The notes: generated by a model not told the origin, from the sequence alone. DNA of 64,000 nt from PVC group bacterium (GCA_024231215.1 JAAEQR010000195.1:298488-362487), one strand, 5' to 3'; positions 49,269 through 58,794 are shown, counted from the stretch's first letter. A program made the numbers and translations.

Positions 49269-50933
49269 ATGGGTATAAAATCTAAACTATTCAAATGTAT
49301 AGCGATTCTTCTTATCCAGGCCACATTGCTTTGGAACTGTGCTCCGGTAGGGGCAGTTTCAACTGTCGATACAGTGGTTCAGGCATCAGTATGTCTAAAA
49401 GAGACTCTGGGGCCGGTGGTCCAACTGGACAAAGCTAACCTTAAAGACACCTTTTCTTTATTGCAGGAAGAAGATGTTATAAATGAAAAGAATCTCGAAG
49501 TGCCTGCTATTGCGCCACGCAAAAGATTTTCCTATAAAATCTCTGAAAGAATATTGCCAGTAATAGTAATACTTTTTTTGAGTTTGACAAGTATAATTAC
49601 TATCGTATTTATGACTGATATATCTTCTCCGCCTGGAATAGTTAGTGTAAAAGACGGAGAAGCGACTTTGGATCAAATAGATATAAGTGAGAACAGAATA
49701 TCTCAGGAAGAAGTGCGGGTGCAAAGGTTCGATAAATATGCACAGGAATTGTTGAATGACATAGATAGTTATTTTGGAACAATGAAAAATGATAATTACT
49801 TCAAGAGACATAATAATAACTTAATGCTTAAAACTGAATATACAAGAAGATTGGGGTATCGGTTAGCAGATGAACAGTACTTGCCAAGTGAAACAGAAGG
49901 AGATCCTTTATTAAGAGATATGCCGCGACGTCGGATCAGATGGTTTAATGAAAGATTTAATGAATGGTGGGTGGGTCTTGATAAGAGTGTTCTTCCGGAA
50001 TATATAAGGAATAAAATGACATTGGCTGGGGATCAGTCAGAATGGATTGGACAGATGTTGATTGGTGTTAAAATATTTGATCCAGAGAGGTATTATTTTT
50101 TGGAAGAGTACAATACTCGAATAGTTCTGCTTGAAAATACGGATGATTTTAGAGGGGCAGCTCAAGGGGATAGATTTCATCGACTTATAACGTTTAATCC
50201 TCGAGGAGCTAAGCTGAGTGTTGTGAAAGAACGCAATATGTTTGAACAGATAGGTGTATTAATTCACGAGACTGTGCATGAAATAAAACATGATGTTCCA
50301 CATGGGGTAAGAGAATTTTTACTAAAAGCGCATACTGAATGGGGGTGGAGTTCTCTGTTTGGCATTCCTCTTATTGAGAGAAAGCCTTTAGCAAGGCAAA
50401 CTGAATTCTTTCAGAGAGTATTACGCTTGGATGTATCTAGGCCGCATTTAGCGTCGGGATATGTCGGAAGTAGAATAATTTTAGGGGGAATTTTCTTGTT
50501 GGCTTGGATTATTGATATAGCAGCATTTTTGGGGCTTTGGTGGTTTGTGCGTAAGCAGAATAACGTATTTGCTAGGACTCTTCGCGGTGCAGTTTTGCGA
50601 ATCATTGGGGCTATATATGGGATTGGAATATTGTTTAGTGGTCTAATAGGAATAGTACAAGATTTGGTGAGGAATTTAAAGGAACCTAATGTATATAGAC
50701 CAACTCCGTCGTTAAAAGATAAAATAGTAAGTGCAGTTGAATCTCGACTTGAACGTTTGCGTAATTTATTAGGGAATCTTAGGGATGGACAGCGGGATAC
50801 AGAAATTGTGCCAGTATCTCCAGTTCAGGAAATTGTTATAGATGATCCTATGCAGCTTCGTTTTGATTGGAAGAACCCTGCTGCATTAGAAACTTCTTTA
50901 GGGCTTGGGACGTTAGTTAATCAGGCTATATAA
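49269..50933 (+). CDS. Hypothetical secreted/membrane protein with HExxH zincin motif
   Basis: Signal-like N-terminus, about 3 TM segments, LIHETVHE; terminal motifs shared with 31481..34813. Confidence 0.7.
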   Translation: MGIKSKLFKCIAILLIQATLLWNCAPVGAVSTVDTVVQASVCLKETLGPVVQLDKANLKDTFSLLQEEDVINEKNLEVPAIAPRKRFSYKISERILPVIVILFLSLTSIITIVFMTDISSPPGIVSVKDGEATLDQIDISENRISQEEVRVQRFDKYAQELLNDIDSYFGTMKNDNYFKRHNNNLMLKTEYTRRLGYRLADEQYLPSETEGDPLLRDMPRRRIRWFNERFNEWWVGLDKSVLPEYIRNKMTLAGDQSEWIGQMLIGVKIFDPERYYFLEEYNTRIVLLENTDDFRGAAQGDRFHRLITFNPRGAKLSVVKERNMFEQIGVLIHETVHEIKHDVPHGVREFLLKAHTEWGWSSLFGIPLIERKPLARQTEFFQRVLRLDVSRPHLASGYVGSRIILGGIFLLAWIIDIAAFLGLWWFVRKQNNVFARTLRGAVLRIIGAIYGIGILFSGLIGIVQDLVRNLKEPNVYRPTPSLKDKIVSAVESRLERLRNLLGNLRDGQRDTEIVPVSPVQEIVIDDPMQLRFDWKNPAALETSLGLGTLVNQAI

Positions 50934-50975
50934 ATCCCCCTAGCGGAGGATTATTGTAAGCTATATATTTTTTTA

Positions 50976-51004
50976 TTGACAAATGATACTGTTGTGGTAT
51001 CATT
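50976..51004 (+). promoter_or_regulatory. Promoter with perfect palindromic operator
   Basis: TTGACA 50976..50981 directly followed by AATGATAC-N7-GTATCATT 50982..51004. Confidence 0.8.
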
Positions 51005-51158
51005 GATATATTGGAAATGGATTGTTGATGTTCCGTCTCATAAGCATTGGGAAATTCTCTTGTGACAATTTCTCTAATATTCGGCGGAATTAATTCGCGC
51101 AGGTGATTTATGTAGACAAAGTCGACATAAATCAAGCGCTCATTGAAGGAGGAATATT

Positions 51159-51497
51159 ATGAAGTTTAAGGATTTTATTGATAATGTTAGAGGAGAAGGA
51201 TGGGATTGGGCCGAAGGAATTTATGAAGGGAAGAAAGGGTATTTTGTACGGGCAAATAACCGCAAGATAAATACCAAGGAAAAAGGATTACAGCCGGCAT
51301 GTATTCATATTACACCGGATGCGATCGAGAATAATGAATGGGAATCAATAAAAAAACAGTTTCCGGATCTTACTTATGTGACTCGGATAGTGGGATATTA
51401 TTCGCAAATACATAATTGGAATTCTTCTAAACAGGAAGAATTAGGCGATAGGCATAAAGGGTGTTATAAGGTTAATCAGGAAGAATTGAACGGGTGA
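51159..51497 (+). CDS. Stand-alone NrdD-type glycyl-radical-domain protein (112 aa)
   Basis: TRIVGYYSQIHNWNSSKQEELGDR matches the class III RNR C-terminus; AGGAGG RBS. Confidence 0.75.
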   Translation: MKFKDFIDNVRGEGWDWAEGIYEGKKGYFVRANNRKINTKEKGLQPACIHITPDAIENNEWESIKKQFPDLTYVTRIVGYYSQIHNWNSSKQEELGDRHKGCYKVNQEELNG

Positions 51498-51536
51498 TTA
51501 TTTTAGTGGAACTTGTTAGTTAAAAGGAGGATAATA

Positions 51537-53216
51537 GTGGATATGTTATGTAGGCAATGTGAACAAACAGTAGGCGGTAAAGCCTGCAATATGAATATGG
51601 GGGTCTGCGGTAAAGATGAAAAAACTGCGGCCTTGCAGGATCTTCTGGTGCATGTGCTTAAAGGCATTGCGGTATATGCAGACAGAGCTCAGCAATTGGG
51701 CGTAAAGGATTCTGAAGCAGATGCTTTTGTGGCGCAGGCGCTTTTTGCTACGCTTACAAATGTGAGTTTCGACCCTGAGGTTCTTAAGGGATTGATTCTA
51801 AAAGCAGCACAAATAAAAGATTCGATAAAGCAGGTTTTTCTGCATGCTTATCGGGAAAAGAATCAGAAGGATTTAACGGATACTTTACCAGCTGTGATTG
51901 AGTGGAATCCAGCAGATACGTTGGAAGGGCTTATTGAGCAGGGGCGTGCAGTAGGGCTTATGGCTGAACCTGAACTTAATGAAGATATTCGTAGTTTGCG
52001 TGAAATTGTTTTATATGGATTGAAAGGTATGGCTGCTTATGCAGACCACGCGCGTATTTTAGGTCAGACAGATGAAACAGTAAATGCTTTTTTTTATAAG
52101 GCATTGGCTGCATTGGTAGATGATTCGTTAGGGGCAGATGAATTGACTGCTCTTGTTTTAGAAGTTGGTACTGTTAATTTAAGAGTTATGGAATTGCTTG
52201 ATGCAGGTAATACCGGAACGTATGGGCATCCTGAACCGACACATGTGCCAGTGGGAGTTAAAAAAGGTCCGGCAATTGTGATTTCAGGGCATGATCTTAA
52301 AGATTTGCAGATACTTCTTGAACAGACAGAGGGAAAAGGAATCAATGTTTATACACACGGGGAAATGCTTCCGGCATTAGCTTATCCTGAATTAAAAAAA
52401 TATGCACATTTAGCGGGACATTTTGGAACAGCCTGGCAGAACCAGCAGAAAGAATTCGATAATATCCCTGCGGCATTTTTATTTACCACAAATTGTATTC
52501 AAAAACCGCGCGAATCTTATATTGATAATGTATTTACTACAGGGCTTGTTAGCTGGCCGGGAGTTGCCCATATTCATGAAGAAAATGGACAAAAAGATTT
52601 TACTCCGGTTATTGAAAAAGCATTAGAGCTTGGTGGTTTTGATAAGGACAAGCTTGATGCAGATACAATGACTGGGTTTGGCAGAAATGCTGTTTTGGGT
52701 GTTGCGGATAAAGTTATTGGTGCTGTCAAAAGCGGCTTAATAAAACATTTCTTTCTGGTAGGCGGATGTGACGGAGCCAAACCAGGTCGTAATTATTATA
52801 CGGAATTTGTTCAGAAAGTTCCTAAAGACACAATTATATTAACTCTTGCTTGTGGAAAATTTCGTTTTAATACACTTGATTTGGGAAAAATCGGAGGGTT
52901 GCCGAGAATCCTTGATATGGGGCAATGTAATGACGCTTATTCAGCTATCCAGGTAGCGGTAGCACTTGCTGATGCTTTTGAATGTGGAGTAAATGATTTA
53001 CCGCTTTCTTTAGTATTATCCTGGTATGAACAGAAAGCAGTGGTGATTTTATTGACTTTGCTTTCACTAGGTATTAAAGGTATTAAATTGGGGCCAACTC
53101 TTCCGGCTTTTATTTCTCCAAATGTATTGAATATTCTGGTTGAAAAATTTGCTATTGCACCGATTACAACTCCGGGGAAAGATATTGCCCAGATATTAGA
53201 GGGCATAGCAATTTAA
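51537..53216 (+). CDS. hcp: Hybrid cluster protein
   Basis: CRQCEQT...C....VCGK, SGHDL, YTHGEMLP, GGCDG, GQCND, SWYEQKA. Confidence 0.96.
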   Translation: MDMLCRQCEQTVGGKACNMNMGVCGKDEKTAALQDLLVHVLKGIAVYADRAQQLGVKDSEADAFVAQALFATLTNVSFDPEVLKGLILKAAQIKDSIKQVFLHAYREKNQKDLTDTLPAVIEWNPADTLEGLIEQGRAVGLMAEPELNEDIRSLREIVLYGLKGMAAYADHARILGQTDETVNAFFYKALAALVDDSLGADELTALVLEVGTVNLRVMELLDAGNTGTYGHPEPTHVPVGVKKGPAIVISGHDLKDLQILLEQTEGKGINVYTHGEMLPALAYPELKKYAHLAGHFGTAWQNQQKEFDNIPAAFLFTTNCIQKPRESYIDNVFTTGLVSWPGVAHIHEENGQKDFTPVIEKALELGGFDKDKLDADTMTGFGRNAVLGVADKVIGAVKSGLIKHFFLVGGCDGAKPGRNYYTEFVQKVPKDTIILTLACGKFRFNTLDLGKIGGLPRILDMGQCNDAYSAIQVAVALADAFECGVNDLPLSLVLSWYEQKAVVILLTLLSLGIKGIKLGPTLPAFISPNVLNILVEKFAIAPITTPGKDIAQILEGIAI

Positions 53217-53249
53217 GGATGAAAAACAGATAGGTAATTAGTTTCTTTG

Positions 53250-53304
53250 AATTTCCTCCGGGATATAGTAAAATGAAAAATAAATATTCCGGAGGAAATT
53301 TTTT
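53250..53304 (+). terminator. Long inverted repeat after hcp, probable terminator
   Basis: AATTTCCTCCGGGATAT 53250..53266 / ATATTCCGGAGGAAATT 53284..53300, then T-run. Confidence 0.55.
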
Positions 53305-53323
53305 AAATTTGGGGGAGGAGTAA

Positions 53324-53755
53324 ATGAAAAAAATAATATATCTTATTGTGATGCTCTTGTTATTTGTAAATTCGGCGGTTGCTCAAGGGGGCATGCCGGA
53401 TTTGTTTGAAGAAGTAGAAAAAGATTCTGCGTTTTCCTATGATGCTAAGGAGGCTCCTAATCCCTGTTTTTTCCCGGTTGAGAAAGCGCGTTGGAATGGC
53501 TCAAAGATTACCGGTAAAAACTGGGAGAGTCTGGATGAATTTCAAAGGACAATGTTTATTGATGAATATGTGGACGGCCTGGAAAAGTTATATCAAACAC
53601 CAATCAATATTAATATGGAGGATTATTTGATGTATATGAACGGGATATTGTTCATGTCGGATTATGATACCTCAGAAATATTGATGACCGATGCATTGGA
53701 TGATCTATTGAACCGGAAGTCAGCAATCGTTGGTGTTCAAGATGGCGAAAACTAA
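53324..53755 (+). CDS. Secreted hypothetical protein
   Basis: GGAGG RBS, signal peptide ending AVA, acidic mature region. Confidence 0.7.
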   Translation: MKKIIYLIVMLLLFVNSAVAQGGMPDLFEEVEKDSAFSYDAKEAPNPCFFPVEKARWNGSKITGKNWESLDEFQRTMFIDEYVDGLEKLYQTPININMEDYLMYMNGILFMSDYDTSEILMTDALDDLLNRKSAIVGVQDGEN

Positions 53756-54067
53756 CCTTAATTAATTCCAAGAGAGTAGCGCCGAAGAGGGATGAATCCC
53801 CCTAGCAGAAGTACTATCCAAAAAACACCATAAACCCATTGACATAATGATACCAAATCTTAAGCTTTTTGACTGAACCCAGACTTTGCATTCTCGCCTG
53901 ATTCACATGTCATTATCTTTGGTTTGCGGGATTTTATCTCTAAAATTGCAAGTATAGATCCTGCTGTATTTCCTGTTTTTTTATGCTATAATATATGAGC
54001 CTACAATGCTATTTTGACAGGGGAAGTAATATATAGATATAATGTGATCAGTAAAGGATGGTGTGTT

Positions 54068-55573
54068 ATGAAAGTTTATTTAGCCGGGTATAATGTCGAT
54101 GCTAATATTTTGCGTGAATTAGAGGAAAAAACCGGTAAACGTGAGGACTTGACCCCGGAAGTCATTTCTGCGGCGTATGCCCGAATAAGCCGGGATCCGC
54201 GTCCGATTAACGAAATAAGACAATCTTCCAGAGAAGAGATAGAGAAATCCCGCCGTTCTAATTCAACGATTATATTTAAAATGGGACATCATTCTGTTGC
54301 AGAACACGCTGTGTTTAATTTAGATGTTTTGGGTGTTTCCCGTTTTGCCATGGAAGAACTTGAAAAATTCAGGCTTTCTTCATATACTGAAAAATCACAG
54401 CGTTATATAACATTGCAGAATGATTTTGTTATTCCCGAAGAGATTAATGGGACGCAATTTGAAGCAATGTTTGTGGATATGATCAAAGAGCAGAATAAAG
54501 CTTATTTTGAGCTTTTTGATAAATTAAAAGAGCATGTTTTTAAAAAGTACGCTGACTTAGCTGCAGATCCTAAGAAACACAATCTTTTAGAAGGCTGGGC
54601 TAAGGAAGATGCACGTTATATTACGGCTTTAGCAACGGAATCGCAGGTGGGAATGACTGTGAATGCCCGTAATTTGGAGCTTATGCTGCGTAGGTTTGCT
54701 TCTTGTCCTTTATCTGAAGTAAAAGATTTGGGGAGAATAATCTATGAACAGATTGCTGATATTGCTCCGTCGATTGTTATTTTCCATGAAGCTAATGATC
54801 GTGACTGCAATACATTTCCGGAGTTGAAAAAGCTTGCTGGAGAATTGGCTGGTATGGGTTCGAATGGAGCTGATTTTCCGGATGTGCAGCTGGTTGAGTA
54901 TACTCAGGATGCAGATGCAATTATTGCTGCATCGTTACTGCATGTTGCTTCGGATATGCCTTATGAACAGTGCAAATCCATAGTGAAAGATCTATCTAGT
55001 GAGGAACAGCGAAAGATTTTTAAAACTACCTGGCAGAATATGCAGTTTTATGATTCTGTCCTACGTGAATTCGAATATGTAAATCTAACTTATAATATAG
55101 TTTTGTCTTCAGCTTGTTTCGGTCAGTTGAAACGCCATCGGATGTCTACGATAACTGCCCAGCCTTATGACCCTAATTTGGGGGTTACAATTCCTGAGGC
55201 AATTAAAGAGATTGGGATGGATAAATATTTTCAGGAAATTGTAGATAAGACTAATGAAGTATACGATGCAATAAATAAAGATAATCCTCTTGCGGCACCT
55301 TACATTTTGACCAATGCTCACAGAAAAAGGGTTTTGATTAGGGTAAACGCCAGGGAATTGTATCATATATCACGCTTAAGAGAGGATGCTCATGCGCAAT
55401 GGGATATCCAGAATATATCTCGGGATATGGTTCAGCAGGCAAAGCCGGTAATGCCGAGAGTGTTTGAATTTATCGGCGGAAAAGATAAATATAATGAAAA
55501 TTATAAAGAGGTTTTTGGTTGTCTGCCAAAAGTAACGCAGGCAGTTTTGCCTGGCGCGAGGAAGATAAAATAA
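54068..55573 (+). CDS. thyX: FAD-dependent thymidylate synthase, tandem double-domain form
   Basis: YARISR, GHHSVAEH, EKSQRY, EDARY; second domain QLKRHR, NAREL, HAQWDI. Confidence 0.88.
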   Translation: MKVYLAGYNVDANILRELEEKTGKREDLTPEVISAAYARISRDPRPINEIRQSSREEIEKSRRSNSTIIFKMGHHSVAEHAVFNLDVLGVSRFAMEELEKFRLSSYTEKSQRYITLQNDFVIPEEINGTQFEAMFVDMIKEQNKAYFELFDKLKEHVFKKYADLAADPKKHNLLEGWAKEDARYITALATESQVGMTVNARNLELMLRRFASCPLSEVKDLGRIIYEQIADIAPSIVIFHEANDRDCNTFPELKKLAGELAGMGSNGADFPDVQLVEYTQDADAIIAASLLHVASDMPYEQCKSIVKDLSSEEQRKIFKTTWQNMQFYDSVLREFEYVNLTYNIVLSSACFGQLKRHRMSTITAQPYDPNLGVTIPEAIKEIGMDKYFQEIVDKTNEVYDAINKDNPLAAPYILTNAHRKRVLIRVNARELYHISRLREDAHAQWDIQNISRDMVQQAKPVMPRVFEFIGGKDKYNENYKEVFGCLPKVTQAVLPGARKIK

Positions 55574-55610
55574 GTAGGGGAAAAGGTTAAAGTCAAAAGG
55601 TGGGAAGATT

Positions 55611-57083
55611 ATGAGTAAAATAACTTTTCTGAATGAGATAATCGCAGAAATCCTGAGGGAAAATAGTATAGACTCTTTGCTTGAGCGGGCAGTGAGACGG
55701 ATAACAGAAATATTAGCTGCGGAGAGGGTAACTTTTTATTTTTATAATGATGAAGTAAATGAGTTGTGGAGTTATGCGGTTACTGATTTGGAAGTCAGCG
55801 AAATACGTGTTGGCGTAGGAGAAGGGATTGTCGGAACTGCGGCGGCCAGAAAGCGTATGGTTAAGGTAAAAGATGCTTACAAATGTAAGTTTTTTAACAA
55901 GAAGATAGATAAGCAGACAGGGTACAGAACAAAGTCTGTAGTATGTATGCCTCTTTTTAGTAGAGCAAAAAAATTGCTTGGTGTTGTGCAGGTAATCAAC
56001 AAAAAAAAGGGATGTTTTACAGATATGGACATTGATATTTTTAAAAGCATATCTTCATATTTGGCGATTTCTTTGGAAAACATTAGGTTATTACAGGAAC
56101 AAGAGATGCTTTTTAGAAGTACTTTATATGCTTTAGCCGGAGCTATTGACGCAAAAGACCCTGTAACTGCGGGGCATTCTTACCGGGTAGCATATTACTC
56201 GGTAAAAATGGCTAAAGACCTGGGGGTATCTCAGGATGACTTGAAAATTGTTGAGTATGCTGCATATTTGCACGATGTGGGTAAAATCGGTATCTCCGAA
56301 GCAGTTCTTGGAAAAAAAGGAAAATTAACAGATGAAGAGTATGCTTTGATAAAAAAGCATCCTTTGTTTACTAAACAGATATTGGGTAATATAATTTTTT
56401 CTAAAGAAATGGAGAAAATACCGTTTGTTGCTTCTTGCCATCATGAGTTTCTTGACGGTAGTGGATATCCGTTTGGCTATAAAGGTAAAGAAGTTAATAC
56501 TCTTTCTAGAATTATCGCTATTGCTGATATCTATGATGCATTGACTGCATTTGACCGCCCGTATAAAAAGCATATGGCGACAAAAGAAGTACTGGAGATT
56601 CTTAAAATAGAGGCAAAGAAAAATCATCTGGATAAAAATATCGTTAATCGGTTTATAAAAAAGGCGTTGTACAAGTATGAACAGCGTCGCTATAAGCGTC
56701 TTGATTTAAATACTGCAGTAAATTATCGTATTGTGTCTCAAAAAAGAATCATGGCTGAGGGTATTAAGGGAGCCAAAGCTACTCATCATGATTTGGATGA
56801 ATTGCTGGATAACAAAGTTAACAGTATTAATATAAGTGCCGGGGGTATTTTGTTCATGACAAAAACATATATACCGGTAGGTACATTCCTGGACTTAGAG
56901 ATAGATATTTTTTCTAAGAAGATTGCATGTTTGGGGAAGGCTGTAAGAGTAGAAAAGGAGCTTAGTACACTTAATTATCGGGTGGGTGTGAGCTTTATTA
57001 ATGTTACGCCTGCGGTGAAACTTGTTCTGGAACAGCAGCTTGAAAAGCTTGCGGAACAGAAAAGTATTAGAAGTAAGAAATGA
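55611..57083 (+). CDS. GAF + HD-GYP phosphodiesterase + PilZ protein
   Basis: GAF D..TGYRTKS...NKK..F...D; HDVGK, HHE..DGSGYP; PilZ RRYKR...NISAGG. Confidence 0.9.
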   Translation: MSKITFLNEIIAEILRENSIDSLLERAVRRITEILAAERVTFYFYNDEVNELWSYAVTDLEVSEIRVGVGEGIVGTAAARKRMVKVKDAYKCKFFNKKIDKQTGYRTKSVVCMPLFSRAKKLLGVVQVINKKKGCFTDMDIDIFKSISSYLAISLENIRLLQEQEMLFRSTLYALAGAIDAKDPVTAGHSYRVAYYSVKMAKDLGVSQDDLKIVEYAAYLHDVGKIGISEAVLGKKGKLTDEEYALIKKHPLFTKQILGNIIFSKEMEKIPFVASCHHEFLDGSGYPFGYKGKEVNTLSRIIAIADIYDALTAFDRPYKKHMATKEVLEILKIEAKKNHLDKNIVNRFIKKALYKYEQRRYKRLDLNTAVNYRIVSQKRIMAEGIKGAKATHHDLDELLDNKVNSINISAGGILFMTKTYIPVGTFLDLEIDIFSKKIACLGKAVRVEKELSTLNYRVGVSFINVTPAVKLVLEQQLEKLAEQKSIRSKK

Positions 57084-57093
57084 TAGGGAATAG

Positions 57094-58095
57094 ATGAAAA
57101 TACAACACAAGTTGTTTTTAAGCTTTGTAATCATAGCTGTATTAACCGTGTTCTTGGTAAAGATTTCAACATATTATCTAATTATTTTATTTGTTCTGGC
57201 AGGGGGGTTAAGTATTTTAATGGCTCGTTCTGTTTCGAATGACGATTTGGCGGAGAAGGTGAAGAAGAGCGAAACAGAATTAGCTGCTGCGTTACAGGAT
57301 TGTAAAGAGCAGACAGTGTTATTGGATAATACTAAAGAGCTTATGGCTAGTGTTATGGATGAGTTAGAAAGAACAAACCAAGAGCTTCAAGAGCTGGATC
57401 AGATGAGAAATGATTTCATTGCATATATCGTGCATGAATTGCGTAATCCCATAATCCCTATTTGTGAAGGCATAGCCCAGGTTGTAGAAGGAGGTTATGG
57501 AGAAATAAATGATAAGCAAAGAGAGATGCTGGAGATTAGTTATCGGGGCGGCAAAAAGATGAGTGTTTTAGTAAATAATCTGCTGAATATTGCCAAGATG
57601 GAGGCGGGGAAAATACAATTAAATAAAACTAAAGAAGATATTAATTCTATAGTGCGGGATGTTTGTGATGCTTTTCTTGCCCGGGCGCGCGCAAAAAATA
57701 TTGATTTAAAATCCGAACTTTTAACTGAGCCGGCATTTGGACATGTGGATAAAGATAAAATCACTGAAGTGTTTAATAATTTGATAAGTAATGCTTTTAA
57801 ATTTACAGATGAAGGTAGTATTGTAGTTGAGGTTAAGCTCCAGGGGGATTTAATACAATGTTCGGTAACGGATACCGGTCGCGGCATTGCCGAGGATGAT
57901 ATTCCTAAGCTTTTTGATAAATTCCAACAGGTAGGTAAGAAAGCTAAGGAGACAGGAACGGGATTAGGGCTGTCTATTGTAAAAGGAAATATTGAAGTGC
58001 ATGGTGGTCGGATAAGCGTTACAAGTAAAGAGGGCAAGGGGACTCAGTTTTTGTTTGTATTGTCGAAGTATAGTGAAGAGCTTAGAGAGAGTTGA
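57094..58095 (+). CDS. Membrane sensor histidine kinase
   Basis: HELRNP H-box, NLISNAFKF, DTGRG, GTGLGL. Confidence 0.92.
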   Translation: MKIQHKLFLSFVIIAVLTVFLVKISTYYLIILFVLAGGLSILMARSVSNDDLAEKVKKSETELAAALQDCKEQTVLLDNTKELMASVMDELERTNQELQELDQMRNDFIAYIVHELRNPIIPICEGIAQVVEGGYGEINDKQREMLEISYRGGKKMSVLVNNLLNIAKMEAGKIQLNKTKEDINSIVRDVCDAFLARARAKNIDLKSELLTEPAFGHVDKDKITEVFNNLISNAFKFTDEGSIVVEVKLQGDLIQCSVTDTGRGIAEDDIPKLFDKFQQVGKKAKETGTGLGLSIVKGNIEVHGGRISVTSKEGKGTQFLFVLSKYSEELRES

Positions 58096-58112
58096 AAGGG
58101 AAAGAGAGGGAG

Positions 58113-58733
58113 ATGAAAAAAGAAACTTTTTTTATCACGGGGCTGATCGTTTGTTTTGTTTTTATGTCTACGGTAGTTTTTGCTGCAGAGGGGATAACTT
58201 TAAAAGAGGTTGCAGATGCGATTGCCAAAATGTTAATATCCGGCAGAGCGATTATTGCTGAGAATCAAGAGCTTATTAATACACATAATGCTACGGTTAT
58301 TAATCCATCTCCGGAAGGACAGCCGCAATCATTTAAAGGGTTTGTTCCTGCTCTTTTTGGAATGTTTGTTTCGAAGAGATTTTACGAAGATTCCGGAATC
58401 AGGGTTAAACAGACGACTCGTGGTAGAGGAGTATATAAAGCACGAAATGAGTATAATATTCCGGATGAGTGGGAAGCGGATAAGCTTTTGAAGTTTGAAG
58501 AGGGAATGTATGAACGCGATACAGGTTATGGGGAAGTAATCACGAAGGGGGATATTAAAACTTATCGCTATGTTCGTCCACTGTATATTGAAGAATCATG
58601 TTTAAAATGTCACGGAGATCCAATGACTAGTCATACTAAAGATGGAAAAGATATTTCTGGTCGTCAAATGGAAGGATATCAGGTAGGGGAGTTGCGTGGC
58701 GGAATTAGTGTTACTATCTTTCTTCGCGAATAA
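58113..58733 (+). CDS. Periplasmic DUF3365/Tll0287-like c-type heme protein
   Basis: Signal peptide, RN..N.PDEWE, CLKCH, GY.VGELRGGISV. Confidence 0.85.
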   Translation: MKKETFFITGLIVCFVFMSTVVFAAEGITLKEVADAIAKMLISGRAIIAENQELINTHNATVINPSPEGQPQSFKGFVPALFGMFVSKRFYEDSGIRVKQTTRGRGVYKARNEYNIPDEWEADKLLKFEEGMYERDTGYGEVITKGDIKTYRYVRPLYIEESCLKCHGDPMTSHTKDGKDISGRQMEGYQVGELRGGISVTIFLRE

Positions 58734-58794
58734 TTGTTTCTGTTTGTCCAGCTTGATAAATGTAGTTTTAGTGATATAATATGGAATTGGATGA

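Noticed and set aside
51017-51043. ATG GAT TGT TGA TGT mini-ORF as a possible selenopeptide
   Set aside because: Only 8 codons with readthrough, no convincing RBS or SECIS, no Sec machinery in the window
50926-51135. 69-aa minus-strand ORF
   Set aside because: Overlaps the promoter, operator and leader of the NrdD-domain gene; no homology evident
53250-53300. 17-bp inverted repeat as an invertible promoter switch
   Set aside because: Only 17 nt between the arms, no recombinase nearby; position after hcp plus T-run fits a terminator
53756-54067. Possible pseudogene on the minus strand of the 310-nt gap
   Set aside because: The open stretch I translated has no convincing start and resembles no family I recognise
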